From Anthoceros angustus (Eukaryota > Plantae > Anthocerotophyta): a stretch of DNA of 64,000 nucleotides. Within the stretch, counting starts at the first letter, position 1, and each line of letters begins with the position of its first letter. The stretch covers positions 1,302,001 through 1,366,000 of the forward strand of contig MU008165.1 in assembly GCA_010909165.1 (NCBI GenBank). Reading direction: 5' to 3'. The translations under genes and the position numbers were made by a program. Below the pieces are notes generated by a model. That model ran no database searches. It saw only the letters and a list, made by a program, of their open reading frames with translations, and was not told where the DNA came from. Below are positions 1 through 14,379 of this stretch, piece by piece.

Positions 1-3000
1 GAGGCCGGGTTTGGGACTTTACCAGTGGTGTCTGCAATCACCGGGACGTTTGCAGCTTCACTCCCTGAAGGTACATCCCCATCTCCAGTTTCTCGTCCCC
101 CAGAAACCAAGCCAGTTTCCTGCTGTGCTGCATGAGAACCCTCGGCTATCCCCTCTGCATCAGTCATCAACTCCCCATCTTCTGTATCTTCATCTCTGTC
201 AGCACCTCCTTCTTTCTCTGCATCTTGGTTCACATATGCACCAGCCTCTAATAATGCAGCCTTGCCTTCCAGTAATGCACTTTCTTCAAGATCTCTATCT
301 TGAGGTTTGGAAGATGGCTCTGCAGTTAGAGCAACAATCAACTGAAGGTCACCTCCAGCACCCGTAGGTTCGACATAGCTCACGCTCGCTCCTGTGTCTG
401 TAGAGGTAACATTAACAGGATGCACAGCTGGTAACAGTGTACCTATCTGAACTTCATCAGGCTGAATATCTTTCATCGGCACATCCAACACCAGTTCCTG
501 ACTGCCTCCATGAGGACTTCCATTTCTGCCAGGCGTTTGATTTCCTTTTTCCACACCATTGTCTATTTCAGCAGGAACGACAGCATCCAGACCTGCATCA
601 GGTTTTGCATATTCTCCCTCTCCTGACACTGCCCAAACATGTTCCTCAGTGATTGCTGGTATCGGCTCTGCCAAAGGGCGAGCCTGATTGCCATCACCCT
701 CTCCAGTTGCCACTAGCTGCCGCCATACAGTGCGCTGTTTCTTAAGGACAGGAATGTCCCCCATGTCAGACACAGGCCTGTCTCTCTCCACCTCAGTACT
801 GCTCTCTATCTGGATGCTCTCAGTCATTGTGACACTGAAATTATTGGACTCCACCAGGGGATCTGACATGGTTGGCACTGCCTCTACCGAAAGAAGTTGA
901 ACCATATCCTCCCTGACACTCTGCAATACTTCCTCCCGACTGCCACTTGTAGTACAAGGGACCTCTGAGTAGGTAGAGGGAAGCTCCATTGCTTCATCAG
1001 GCCTTGCCCTCTTAGATGCAGGCACTGTTTCCGCAGGCATGCCATATTCATCCAACATGCCACTCTGTGGAACTGCATCAGCCATCGACGCAGTTCGCTT
1101 GCGTGCTACAGATGGTCCCACTCCCAGCAGTTGAGATGCCACAGTTGTTTCATCAACAGCTGAGGGCTCTAGAACTGAATCAGCACCAGCATTATCTGAA
1201 CCTACCAGAGGCGGCTCTGATGCATCTTGAACACTAATGGCAGCCCTCCTGTCTGGACTATCAGTATCCATTTCTGCTGTCTCAAGTTGCCCTTCTGTCA
1301 CCAACTCAGGCTGTTCAACCTGAACTTCAGGTTCTATTCTTGGCCGCACTAGCTTGCGTGTCATCTTGCGAGCTTGGGCTTGTGCCTTCTGCACCAGCTT
1401 AAACAAAGAATTTCAGGAAATGTCAAGATATAGGTTCAGATTATATGTAAGAAACCTGGACTGTCCTAAGAATAATGTAAGAACTATCATCAATTTCAAA
1501 TGCAGACTGCGCAGATTAACTTTACATGACCAACCTCTTTCTCTAGCAGATGAGCACGCAGCTGCTGTATCCTCAGGTCCAAGTCTTCCTTACTCTGGCC
1601 AGCTGGTGGGGGAGCTGGAGCATTAGACCCAGCACCCCGGCCAGCAGATCTTGGAGGGTGTACAAACTGCTTTGCACTTGGACGCGAAGCAGATACAACT
1701 GGGATTACACCAGCAGACACTAATGGTGAAGACGGTATGGCTGAAATAGCTGTTGAGACACCAGAACTCGGCAAGGATGTCTCTGAGAGTAGTGGCTGAG
1801 ACTCAGCATGCACGATGCTAATGGGAGCTGCAGAAATACCGGCATCAGCCTCTCCAAGAATTGGAAAGTTAAAGGATGCAAGCTCTACAGCTGCCCCAAC
1901 TTCTCCTTGAATTACAGGAGCACCAGAAGGTAAAGAAGTCGCAGCTGCAGTTGCTATTGGCTCAGCTGTTATAGCTGCTACAGCACTTGCAGGTGGTGCT
2001 GGTTGTACTGACAACACAGGCACATAGGAGTCTGCCCCTGTACTCTGCAGCTGAGTGCCGGCAGCAACAACAGGGGCCAAAGGTGTAACTTGCAAAAGAG
2101 TTGCATCCAATGAAACACCCGAAGCCAGACTTGCAAGCGGACCAACAGCAGCTTCATACAATTGGGCCCTATCCTCGACAGCTAACTGGGTGACTGGTTC
2201 GCGCAAGCCGGGGCCTCTCATCCCATTTTGCTGCAAAACACATAAGCTATTACTCCTGCACGTCCAATGAAGCACCAGTGCAAGCATTCCCAAGCCAACC
2301 CTTACGAAGAGCATCAAGACGTGCTCACCTCCAAATCTTGCTTGAAAGAATGGAACTCATCAAGAAATCGTTTCTTTTCCTACATCAGTGCACCACATTA
2401 AGAATTCAGACCACACAGACCTTCAGAAAGCAGCTGCCATTGTGACAACCAGAACCTTCTGAAGCAGTGAGGCAACAGAATTTGCAGAAGCCAATATCCA
2501 AACAAAAGGTGTAGACAGACAAATGACACTTGAAAACTTTTGAAGACAACAGAATCTAAGTATCCCAAACCAACAGAGGTCGCAGTCTGAAAGTGAAATC
2601 AGCTAAACCTGCACAGCTTTATCCGCTATCTCATTGAAGGCCCTGTGGTCTTTTTGCCTCCTGAGCCTTTCCTTCCTTAACTCATCTCTCTCGCGTTCAA
2701 GAGTCCTTTCAAGGGTCTGCACAAGGAAGAATGGTTGAGCAACACAGGACACTTCCCAAGAACAAAACTCAAGATCACCTAAGATAACATACCCTCTAGA
2801 GCACACAGACCTGAATCCTGACATCCTGTTCCCTCATTAGATTGTCTGTTTGCTCTTGCCGGGTAGATGCTTCTTGTCGAGCGGCTGCTTCTTGCCTTTG
2901 ACAGGCCTCTGACCGGGTACTTTCTCCTCCAGCTTTCCTACCTGAAGCAGGTAAATGGTGAAAAATAATCGGAAACCGAAAATAGGCCAAAAAGCAAAGC

Positions 3001-6000
3001 AGGATTTAGCTACTGCATAGATCCAGATAAACCTGCATTTGCCTTCAGCTCTTCAACCTGCTTTGAAAGGCTATCACTTTCTTTGCTCAGATCATCTTTC
3101 TCCCTTGTCAGTGTTTCAATCTTTTTCTGCAATAACCCACTGACAAGTTGAATGCAAGAAGAAACAAGAAACTAACAAACCTGGAAGACACACATTCATC
3201 TACCTGACCAAACACCTGGCCTAAAAATGGCATGAACAAGAAGTATCTATAATACCATGCCAGAAATTAGCATTAAAGAACAGCAGAAATTAAAATACCT
3301 TCAGGTATGCCGCATGCCTCCTATACCTCTCAAGTTCATTTTTGAAAGTCCCCTACACAGGGCATTCATGATTCTAACTGAGTTTCCTAGGAAAGAGGTG
3401 GAAAAGATAGTAGTGATGTATGATGCAGAAACAACAACGCACCTCAGATTGTGTAAGGTCCTGCACCTTCTTTTCAAGTTCAGCAATTTTTGAGTGCTTC
3501 AATGTGATATCCTGCTCATGGCTTAAAATTTTTTCCTGTAGCTTGTTGCCATGTTCCTTTGATTCCAACAATTGAGCCTGCGAATTTTCACTTTTGAAAG
3601 TTAGATGCATTTGGGGGTCGACAAGTCTCAGAGCTCATAACGCTCAGAGAGCTCAACTTGTGAGCTCATAGAGAGCTCACTCACAAGTTTCACAAGAGCT
3701 CGCAACGAACAATGTCCAACAGTCACCTGGAGTTCCAAAAGTTGCGCTTTAACTCGCTGGTAGTCTTCCACATCAACAGACCGATACTTCTCTAACAGCT
3801 GCATAATCATGAATCATGCATAATCAGGATGTTGCCATCAGGAACTTAACATTTGGAAGTCCAAGCGTGACGACACACAGCTCATTAGCCAATCAAACCT
3901 GTGACACTCTGTTCTGCCAACGCTGAGCTTCTGCTTTCTGGACTTCAAGGTCTTTTCCAGCAGCCTCCAAGTCAACCTCTCGGTCCCGTAGCTGTTTCTG
4001 TACTGCCTCAAGTTCTGCTTGAGCCTTTCCAGCTTTCTCCCTTGAATCCTGTTTACGGAGTAGAATCTTATAAAGATGCCCCAGAACCAAGCAGCTCCAG
4101 AACTGCTGAGAAACTGCACATACTACACATGCCAAACAGCTAACCTTGCTGTCTTCAAAACTCTTCTGGTTTTCTTCACGAAGCTGTGCATTGCTTTCCC
4201 GCAACAGGTCTAGCTCCTTTACCTGCCGTCCAATTCCAGCTCACTGCAGGCTTTTCATAGCCAACATACCAGGATAAATATTGAAACAATTGCAGGATCA
4301 TACCTGGGCCTGCAAACTCTTCAGGTCCTGATCAGTGTGCAAGTTAGCTCGTGCATTTTCTCGCTCCCGACGCAAACTAGTTTGAGCATCCTCTGCTGCT
4401 CGGAGTGCTGCATCAAGCTGCATTTCCACAAAAAAAATCTCTCGGTGGATCATCATTATCAGAAAAACCCTATTCACCAGAAAAATCTGAAAGGTTGATC
4501 TGTAAAGCTGGAGCAATGTGCAAGAGCATCACCACACAGCTACCTGCTTCTGTAGTCGAAGGCGTTCTTGCTTCATTAGGGATAGCTCAGTATCAGACTG
4601 CAAACAGCTTTCCAACGTGAGGTCCTCAATGACCAGGAGTTTGCACTCAGATGAGAAGCAACATCAAGGGTTCCTTTGTACCGTTTCCTTTGAGCGACGG
4701 AGAAAGCGGATAACACTTTGAAGATCAGGTTCGGCTTGAGTCTCCCGGAGATGTTTGTCTCCAGCTTCCTCAAATTTCTTCTGAGCCTGCTCAGCTGCCA
4801 TGACATGCCTTGCTTCGAGTCGGTCTAGCAGCAGCTGATTCTGTGGGAAATACACCAGTTTGTGATTACAATGGGCAATCTAGTTCTTCAGCACATTCCA
4901 ACAGCAAAACAAGTAGAAGGCCAGCCTGGAAACTGGCTTATTCATCACCTGCTCATGCAGTTCTTTCAGCTTGCTCTCCATATCGCTTTGCAAGGACACA
5001 AGCGAATCTTGTTGCATCGCCCATGAAACTTTGGAAGATGCCTTCACAGAAAAAACATGTCCCTTCAGACCAACTATACATTAAATTAGCATAATTCATC
5101 CCCAACAGCAGAAAAACTTACAAGACCCGATTCTGCTGTCTCTGCTCTCCCTCGTAACTGACGTACTTCATCCTCAAGTTGCATTAGTTTCTCAGATGCA
5201 GAGGTAAGCTCTCTGATAGTATCAGCTTGGAGAAGAACCTACACAAGCAAGTGCAGATCCAATTGGCCTGTATTACATCTTCTGCCTCTAAAATACAGCT
5301 CCCCCCATATATAGTCATACAGTTCTTCCTCTTAAAGATGCTGAAAAGAAATAAGCCCAGGATCCGATACAAAGACATCAGCTGACCAAATCAATGATAG
5401 CACAGTCTGTAAAAATGGATGACCTCCCTGCCCTACCTGTCTCTCATAGTTGTTCTGTGCCTCGCGCCACTGGTGGTGTAATCTCTCCACATCACTCTTA
5501 AGAATATCAATCCTCTCCTCAGCTTCATCTAGTGCAGATCTGCAAACCAACCCCGTACAGCAGACATGTTAGTAAATGAAACAGGATGTAACATAAGGGC
5601 GTTCAAATACTGTAGACTCACTGTTTCAAGTTGGCCACTTCTTTTAGTGATGACAGCTGATTAAGAGAACTCCTCAGCACCACCTCTTTCTCTTCCATTG
5701 CCAGCGCAGCTGCTTTATCTCTCTCTGACGTTTCAGCTTCAAGATCTGAAAGCTTTCTCCTCAAACTTGATATCTGTGACTCAAGGGCTGCCTTAACTCT
5801 TTCAGCCTGCAAGGTGTAAAACACCCAATTCATGTGACTTGACACCCAGTAGACTACGGACAAAAACCATTTCAAGTCAAACATACTTCTTCCTTGAAGC
5901 TTGTATGGGCTTCTTCCATTTGCTTCAATGCTTCTTCATTGGCAGTTGCAATCCTCTTGTACTGCAGGGTCATGATGCCATTACTGACAGTTCAATGACA

Positions 6001-9000
6001 GGGCAGAACACAGGTGAATCTTCCGTTGAGTTTTACAAATACCTGCTCTGTATGACCTCGTGAGGCAATCAAGTCCTCCTTTACTTTTTCCAGCTCATCC
6101 CTTGCTTGTTGTAAAGAGACAACCATCTGTTCGGGAGATATTAGGAACGGCAAACTACTCTGTTCCTCTTTTTCTCACAATGATAATGTACAGCATAAGG
6201 GCACAAGCTGTTTCAGACACTCACTTCCTCATCAGTGCTCGAAGTCATTTCATCAGCTTCATATGGTCTTCCTCGGACAAAAGCAGCGATCTGTAAATGA
6301 AAATGACAAATCAAAAACTGCTGGTGCAGAGTCCTGTCAACCCTGCAAGATATATGCTTTTCCAATATATGATAACAACCTTTTCCTCTGCCTTCTTTAA
6401 ACTGGCCTCCAGGTTAATACAGCGGGCCTGCCATCACAGACGAAAGCTTCAGCAGTGGCCTTATTGCTGGCAGGATGTCAACAACAGGGGCTCAATACAA
6501 TTACAGGCTAGGTACCAAAGATTGTACCTCTGCAACCTGAGCTCTTGTTTCGGCTGTGGAAAGAGCTTTGAGAGCATCAGTGAGCTCTTTCCGAACTGAA
6601 TCCACCCGGTCCAATGCCTGATTCACTGATTGATCTCTCTGAGAGGTCAGACTACCAATTCGTAATCTCTCTGACTCCAGGTCTCGCCTTGCTTCAGCCC
6701 ATTCTTTCTGGAACAAAAGAGCATACTTAATAAAACTGCACCACACAGTATCTTCATAGTACCAAAACATGCAGAACACTGCAATGCAGCCAAAAACTTG
6801 TTCTCTGCACACCTGCATACGGTTCAGCTCTGTTTCGAGACGCTTCACCTCTTCAACTCTCATATTCTGCATTGGGGTTCAAGAATTTCAGTACATGGGA
6901 GTTCAAGAATTTCACACAAATAATGTATTCTCCTCATCAACTTCTTTGACAAGCTTTAAAACCTATAGCATGATCTACATACTTCCTGAAAAGCCTTCAC
7001 ACTCTCCACAGTATCCAAGGTCGCCTGCAGGAAAGGACAGTGCTTATTAGGAGGTTCAAATCACCCCGAAATAAAGGGGTACCTTTTCCATTGATGGGGC
7101 AAGATTTAACCTGCAGACGATGAACACGATCTGACAGTGAAGCCACCTCATCTGAAGCCCGTTTCTCAGCATCAGCTAGCAGGTCCTTCTCACGCTCCAA
7201 TACAGAGACCTAAAAAAGCAGCTACGTCAGGAATGCAAGGGCACCTCATGCATGGTGCCACAAACAAACAAGTTCTTAGTTGCATACCTCTATAGAAAGC
7301 TTTCGAGCATTTTCTTCTGCAGCTTGCACACTCTGGGCATTCTCGCGTAACTTCCTTTGGTAATCCGTAATTGTCTGAGAATACTCCATATTCCTTCTGA
7401 GCAGTGACTCCAACTCTTTCCGCTGCATGACCAAGACATAGCCATTCAAGATACGGAACTACCATCGTGATGAAGCAAAAGCTTGACTATACCACTCCCA
7501 ACAATAGAAGCAACCTACCTGATTTTCGAAATCTTTCATTTGAGACTCTAATTGCTCCTTTGCAAATGAACCAGCTCCATCAGCTCTGGCTTGTTCCACA
7601 CGTGAGTTGATGACTTCTTGCCTGTTAGCAGGATGCATCCTGGTTAAAATTTCTCCTTTCCAGGAAAAGTCTCTAGAACTAATGATACTCCATAGTCACA
7701 AGTCACATGGGACTACTATGGGAATAGAAAAGAAAAAGCTAACACCACATTGGATTACTTTGCAACTGTCAGCTCTGATTCAAGAGCTTTTATACGAGCA
7801 GCACTTTCATCTTGCAGCTTCTGAATCTCGACCTGTTCAACGCAAAAAGCCAGCTCAACATCCAGCCTAACCAAACGGACAAAAAGTTGCGGGCTGGAAA
7901 TGCATCCCCGTACTAAACTACAACCAAAAGCCTTACCTGGTTGTTGCTGAGCACTTTTCTCATATCTTCTCCTCCATCACCTGCAAAGCATACCCCATCA
8001 TCCATACGACCCGGTGCAACCAGCTAAAACTTTGCAGCAGGGAGACACTAGAATGGCTGCTCGAGTCTACACAGATGCAATGACACCATTCCATAGCAGT
8101 GTACGATTCATTGATATTCACCAACCTAGTGGCAAAGCTGGAGATAGCTGGGAATTCCGTGATGCATTGGTCTCTTCGAACAATGTTTTATACATCCGGA
8201 TCTACAAGTATTACAAAATCTCTAGTTAGCAGCAGATTACCATCATTTCAACTGCAGCAGCCAGACAAGCACAATGACTGAAAAACGCACTGTTGCTTGC
8301 AATGTCTCCCTCAACTGCTGCTCTTGCTCTAGCTTTTCCACAGTTTCAGAGACTTTCTGAACGAGTTTCTCAGTTCTTTTCTGCAATTCTATCTCAAAAG
8401 TTTCCTGCAATACATCCAGGGTCAAAAGTCAGCAACACTGATTGGACAATGTTGGAGATAGCGCCAAGAATAAAAAGTGCCTTAAAGGAAACACCTTAAA
8501 GAGTGCTTCCTTTTGCTCATTCTCTTGAGCTAGATTGCGAGCAACGGTTCGCAATTGACTATTCTGCTCCACCATCCCCCTAATGTCTTTGAACGTGACC
8601 TGTGCACATTATATGCATGCTCCGTAGAATTATTCGGAAGTCATCCACACGGGTCACCAAAATGAACACCAGATATTATGTCCAACCTCTACCCAGAATA
8701 CTAGCGCAATTTCTGGACTTACAAGTCTACTGGAGATAACCGCATCTGCATTTGACACTTCACGGCCAGCTGATGGAGTCAGCACACCAGCATTCCCATT
8801 TTGATCGTACTCGTCTCCCGCACCAAACCGTTTTTGAATGTCAGCACACTCTTTCAGCAACACAGACACCTGGACAAAGCCACCAACAACAAAAATGAAT
8901 GACCGATCTGGTAAACACTTGCGTCAGATGATGTGGTTGGAGGACACTGAGAAGGCACCATCTGGGTCTGTCAAGCACCTGTGTCTGAAGGTCTGACAAC

Positions 9001-11870
9001 TCCTTTCCTGCTCCTTTCAAATCTCTATCTTTCTTTCTCAGCTCAGCCTGCAAGAGAGCTACATATAAGAAAAGGCTCATGCATTCTGGTACGAGAACTC
9101 AATGCTTTTCAGAAATTAGTAGCAAGTGCACTGTTCCAGTTTCACCATTTCAAAGGCAAGAAATCTTTGAAGGTCTTTAACAAACACCTTGAGGTCCTTA
9201 ATGATGTTGTCCTGTGACACTTGATCTGCCATGGACTGCCTTAGCTTTCCCTCCATTACTGTGTAAGCCCGAATCATCCGCTCGTGCTCAGCTGAACACA
9301 CCAGCAATAAACTGTGACAATTGTGGTCATGATTACGGCACACATCAAACACCACATTTACAACTTTCCGTGGGTTTCTCATCGGATGGACCATACCTCG
9401 TTCATCAAGAATCAACTCAGTTTTAGACTCAATCTCATGCAAAACCTGCACACAAGGAGACCTCGTCAGGGTGAAGAAGTGCATATCCTTTTCCCACCTG
9501 GAAACGGAGGTGGATGCACCACACTGTAGTACCTTTTGCAAGATGCCATCTGAGTAGTGTCTCGCCTGTTTCTCATGTCTCCATTTATCCACTGCTTCCT
9601 GGTACTTGCTGTACATAGTAGCTATCTGAGCAAAAAAGTGGTCCAACAGTTCAGAGTCAATCTTCCCATCTTCACTTGAGTAAGCAATCTCTTTCCATTG
9701 CAATATTAGCATCACTGGATATCTTACACTCCATCCATCTCGGAGGAGGGAAGCTGCTAGGGCTGTCCCCGACAGTTGGAGTCCTGGCGGCAGCAATGAT
9801 CCATCCTCATGAAGCTCCATAGAGAGCTGCCTATCACTGTAAAAGGAGCAAAGTGTCATAGACCGCCCACCATAGTTGGACTGTCTCCCTTGAGAGCAGA
9901 ACGATGGAGGATTTGTATTTAGTACAAATGACATGTACGAACTTTGTGACATCCAGGACAGCTGTTGACACATTGGTCAACGCCAAATAATCTTCTTTCA
10001 TCCCGCCTTCATTACTGGTAACCTTTTCCAGTTGTTGCTTGTAGTCAGCCGCTTCCTGTGTCAGCAGTCACTCACCAAAGTCATAGACATGCATGGGATG
10101 ATAGATAATCCAATGTCCAACTTCCATGAGCACCTTACCTTCTGTGCAGCTTCGCGAGTCCTTCTCTCTTCATCCAGCTTATTATTGTGATCTACTTCTA
10201 GTTGATTCAGGTATCCCTGCAAAAGGATACCCGGCATATGTCATGCCGCTATCAGTTGCAACCTGCTGGTCCAGTCCACAATGACAACGAGGGTCGGTAG
10301 GGAGGAATCACCTTGAGTGCTGTAATGACACCCTCAAGATCATGGGACTTTTTAGACCATTCATCTGAACTCTCCTTATACAGATCAGCAAGCTTGGTTG
10401 CCTGTGAGTCCAAGCATTAGAATTGACCTACTTGGTGCAGGAGGACTCAGCTCAGATACACCCAACACCAAGTGAATCCAAAACCAAGATACTACAGACC
10501 ACCATGACGTACAGTTGCAATTTCATTTGAAAGATGGTCCACTTTAGCCGATGCATCCTCCTTTGAAAATTTCAAGTCCTGGTTGTGAAAACAGGTGGTT
10601 GCTCAATCAAACGCTGACAAGCAAAAAGGCAAGCTCATGAATCATTACACAGCAACATAAAACACGGCTCCTGAAATTACCTCCCTCAACTCAGCAAGCT
10701 TGGCCTCCAGTTCCTTGTTCCGGTCAGAATGCCTCCGTGCTGCTTCTCCAAGTTCCTCCACACGCCTCTCAGCCTGTCAGACAACAGATCTCAGATTTCT
10801 CGCTCTATTCACCTATCCGTCCCATGACCTCAAGAGATGAACATGTTCTCAGATCTTACATCAAACCTCACCAATTACCTCTGCCAGCTTGGTTCGAAGC
10901 TCTGATTCAGTTTCGGCATGTGACCTCCTCTCCTCAAGCAAAGCGGCGACCTTCACACTCAGCTCTTCGTTGATCCAGGCATTATGCTGGCTCAACAGTT
11001 CCTTCTCCTACTCAAAGTTCCGTCCGAACAGGCGTACAACAAGTTAGCCAACAGCAGAAGCCAGAAACGCGACGAGGCCAAACAGGGAGAGTGATCAACA
11101 CGACATTCACCTGTGCCAGCCGCGTCTGCGAAGCCCGAAGGCGAGTAACTTCTGCCTCATGCTCATGCAACTTGCTTTCCAGCGTACTCCGGTCATCAGT
11201 CAAAGCAACCTAACAGCAACAACAGGGCACCACACAAGCCAAATGAGCTCTCTCTCCCAATCCTCCTCCTCACACCGTCCACACAAGCATCCATCCAAAA
11301 CACTCACAATCTTGTCCAAGTACGACTTGATGGACGAATTCTTCTCGTCCAACTCCGAATTCTTGTGATCCACAACATCCAGCAACTCCCTCTTGGACTT
11401 CTTCAGCTCCGACAGCTCGAAAGACAACCTCTCCACCTCCGCATCCCGCTTTATCTGCACCAGCCACACTCACCAACATCACTCCCCGCACATTGCACAC
11501 ACACAGACTTACACAATCCGCACCGAATTCCACCATGCTCCAACCCGAACCCGGACAAACTCACAGCTTCAAGCTCCAGCCGGTGCGTCTGCGCCTGGGC
11601 CTGCGCAAGCTCCCCGGACCGCCTCTCGAGCGTGGCCGTGGTCTGCTCCTTCTGCTGCTCCAGCTGGCTGTACTGCTCCGTGAGCGACAGGAACTTCTGC
11701 TCTATCAGCCCGCACGTCTGCTCCACATTGATTGCTGCCGCATCCGCTCTCGCCTTCTGCGTCTCCAGCTCCCGCTGGAGATCGACGATATAGGCCTCCG
11801 CCCTGGCCACAACGGTTCCCACATCGGTGCCCTCCCGCTGCAATTCAGCGTCCGACATGAATATTGCCAT
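1..11870 (-). CDS. NUA: Nuclear pore anchor / TPR-Mlp nucleoporin, multi-exon, 3' end outside the window
   Basis: The N-terminus MAIFMSDAELQREGTDVGTVVARAEAYIVDLQRELETQKARADAAAINVEQTCGLIEQKFLSL (ATG 11870) and internal exons SGTALAASLLRDGWS, YSKYQEAVDKWRHEKQAR and AELRKKDRDLKGAGKELSDLQTQVSVLLKECADIQKRFG match recalled Arabidopsis NUA. Many coiled-coil exons are separated by GT-AG introns, followed by an acidic low-complexity C-terminal region running off position 1. Confidence 0.92.
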
Positions 11871-12349
11871 CCCGCCGTCCCGCACCTTCAGCACCAGCAG
11901 CAGCTCCTCCTGCTCTGCTCTGCGCTGCTCCTGAGCTCTCCCGCCGCCCGGGCCCAGCTCATTCCACTCCCATTGCGCACGCTCCCCGCGCCGGTGCCCC
12001 GAGCTCCAGCAACTAGAACCTACTGGCCCGGCTGCTTCTTGAGGCAACCCACGGCTGCAGCCCGCAACCCAGCACGCAACCCTACAGCCCCTCGGCGGGT
12101 GGGGGCAATTGCTCGGAGCTGTGGACTGGCTCAGCGCGAATTGGAGCCCCTCGCTCCCGCCCAAGCATCGCCCGGCAAGACCCACAGCCCAAGTCACGCC
12201 TCGTCGGGGCCGTGGTCAGGCAATCCGCTGCTGGGTCCGAGCGTACCGCGTTTGAACCCACGGGTCGGGTTTGCATCCAGAGCCGGGGGGGGGAAGAAGG
12301 GCGCTCGGTTTACCACCCACAACGGCAGTAAAACGTCACCCACCTGGCA

Positions 12350-12860
12350 GTCTATGTAGGAACCTAATCTGGTGTACTGGGCTCGGCTGCCGACGTTGCG
12401 AGGCCTATGGGCTTTCTCTGCCGTGGAGTTGGCTCTGAACGGAAAGTGCAGAGATGGGTTTTGGGATAACAGCCCGTTTGGGCGGGGGGGGGCATGGCTG
12501 TCAAGATGCGAGCCTTGGGCATGGCTTGTCCTGCTCTTGGGTTGGTTTTGGTGCTGCTGTCCTTGGATAGCCTGGGTGACGAGCACAGTATCATGTTTGG
12601 GAGATGATGATTGTCACGCCAGGTTGACGGTTGGAAGTGTTGGCTCCGGATCCAGGGCAACGTTTGCTGAAGTTGTCACCGACCATGGTAGAAACCTTAC
12701 GATTTGGCAAAGTATGAACGGTGTTTGTGAGTTGTTTTCGAGACCACCATTCGGGTTCTTGGACGGCTCATCTCCTTGAAAGTGATCCTGCAACGGTATG
12801 TAGCACCATAGGATCAAGTTTGTGCTGTATGGAAACGTTTGGAGCAAGGGCTTCTGTGAT
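12350..12860 (+). pseudogene. Decayed, internally deleted copy of the 5' part (promoter/5'UTR, exons 1, 3, 4) of the neighbouring MNS4 gene
   Basis: Colinear blocks match 14960-15930: taatctggtgt.ctgggctcggctg, cgtggagttggctctgaacggaa, atggct.tcaag.tgcg, gtttgctgaagttgt.accgacc.tggtagaaa, and ttcgagaccaccattcgggttct..gctcatctccttg.aagtgatcctgc.acggtatgtagc. No intact reading frame. Confidence 0.78.
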
Positions 12861-13109
12861 TTGCAAGCAACCTATGCTGGGAGTACCCTGATGCTCGTTG
12901 TCCAAGTCTACCCCACGTTGGCTCTGTCGTATGTCAAAAACTATGAGCTCAACCTCCAGGCATCCTACACTTTCCAGAACCGTATTTCCAACAAGCCGTT
13001 TTCGAGAACCACAGTGGATCCCGTCCCGCCTTCTTGAATCTGAAAGTGGAGCTGCTTGTAGTGTTCAGATGTTGGCACATGTCCTCAGGAGGAAAACCTA
13101 AGTCTTAAC

Positions 13110-14379
13110 TTAAGTCTTCAAAGGCAACTGCACTGTCTCCTTGACGGGTATATTCCGCAACCAGTGTGTTCCAAGCGCCATCATTTTCTCTGGCAGTGCC
13201 TCAAACACCTGCTGCGCTTCAACCCTACACTTTCCGTACATGTTTATTGAACTACCTGCGACCAGCACATCAGCTTGAGGCCCTTGTTCTTTGATCTGTG
13301 CAAGAAGCTGCCTTCCCAGATGTAAAGCTGCCACATTTGCACATGCATGCAGGAGACACACAAATGTCACAGAATTGGGTGCAACCATGCCTTCTTCTTG
13401 CATAGTTTTATGAAGACCAAGTGTTTCTAGCCCCATGCCCAGCTGGGAATATCCTGCTATCATGGCATTCCATGTCACCACATCTTTATGAAGTCTGTCA
13501 AAGACTCCCTGAGCATCCACCAAGCTGCCACACTTTGCATACATGTTTATCAAACTGCTGGCCACGATCACATCTGCTTCAAGTCCTTGTTGTCTAATCT
13601 GTTCAGGAAGCTGCTTTCCCTTCTCCAGCGCCAGGATGCCCACATTTGCACATGCCTGCAGGAGGCACACAAAAGTAACATAGTTAGGTGCAACAGTGCC
13701 TTCTTCTTGCATATTCCTGTAGAGGCAAAGGGCTTCCACCCCCATACCCTGCTGGGAATATCCTACTATCATGGACTCCATGTTACCACATTCTTTTCAC
13801 AAGTCTGTCCAACACGAGCTGAGCATCCTTCAGGCTGCCACACTTTGCATACATGTTTACCAAGCTGTTGGCTATAAACACATCAGCCTCAAGTCCTCGT
13901 TCTCTGATTTGTGCATGAAGCTGCCTCCCCTTCTCCAAGGCTGGCGTCCCTACGCTTGCACACGCCTGCAAGAGACATACATATGTCACAGCATTGGGAG
14001 CTACAATGCCATCGTCTTGCATAGCCTTACAGAGACGAAGGGCTTCATGACCCATGCCATGCTGGGAATAACCTGCTATCATGGCACTCCAGGTCACCTC
14101 GTCTTAATGAGGAATCCCATCAAACAATGCTTGGGCGTTCCAAGCTGCCGCACTTTGCATACATGTCCAGCAACCCACCAAAAACTTCCTGTGCCCGACC
14201 CATACCCCTTCTTCACCGTGAGAGCATGAACCCGGCGACCCAGAGGCAGATCCTTCTTGGCCACACATTCTTTCAGCAGCATAAAATAGAGAACTGGAAA
14301 TATGACAGTCTGTGCGCACCAGAATTCCCAGAGCCTCAACGGCTTCAGTGAGCTGCCCATGCTCACGTAGATTGCTCAC
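13110..14379 (-). pseudogene. PLS-class pentatricopeptide repeat gene, frameshifted and without a visible E/DYW end
   Basis: Overlapping ORFs 14104-14379, 14094-14366, 13783-14097 and 13110-13781 give repeated P-L-S motifs (VTWSAMIAGYSQHGMGHEALRL, PNAVTYVCLLQACAS, LEADVFIANSLVNMYAKCGSLKDA). There are several frame changes, which could be real or sequencing errors. Confidence 0.8.

Noticed and set aside
6884-6918. Short gttcaagaatttca duplication in a NUA intron
   Set aside because: An ordinary small tandem duplication with no evident consequence.
9116-9973. 285-aa ORF as a single exon
   Set aside because: It reads through several short NUA introns that happen to be open; homology to NUA requires splicing.
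11-11793. Numerous plus-strand ORFs in the ORF track over NUA, and similar ones over UBP and PHO1
   Set aside because: They are antisense shadows of low-complexity coiled-coil or Pro-rich exons with no recognisable domain.
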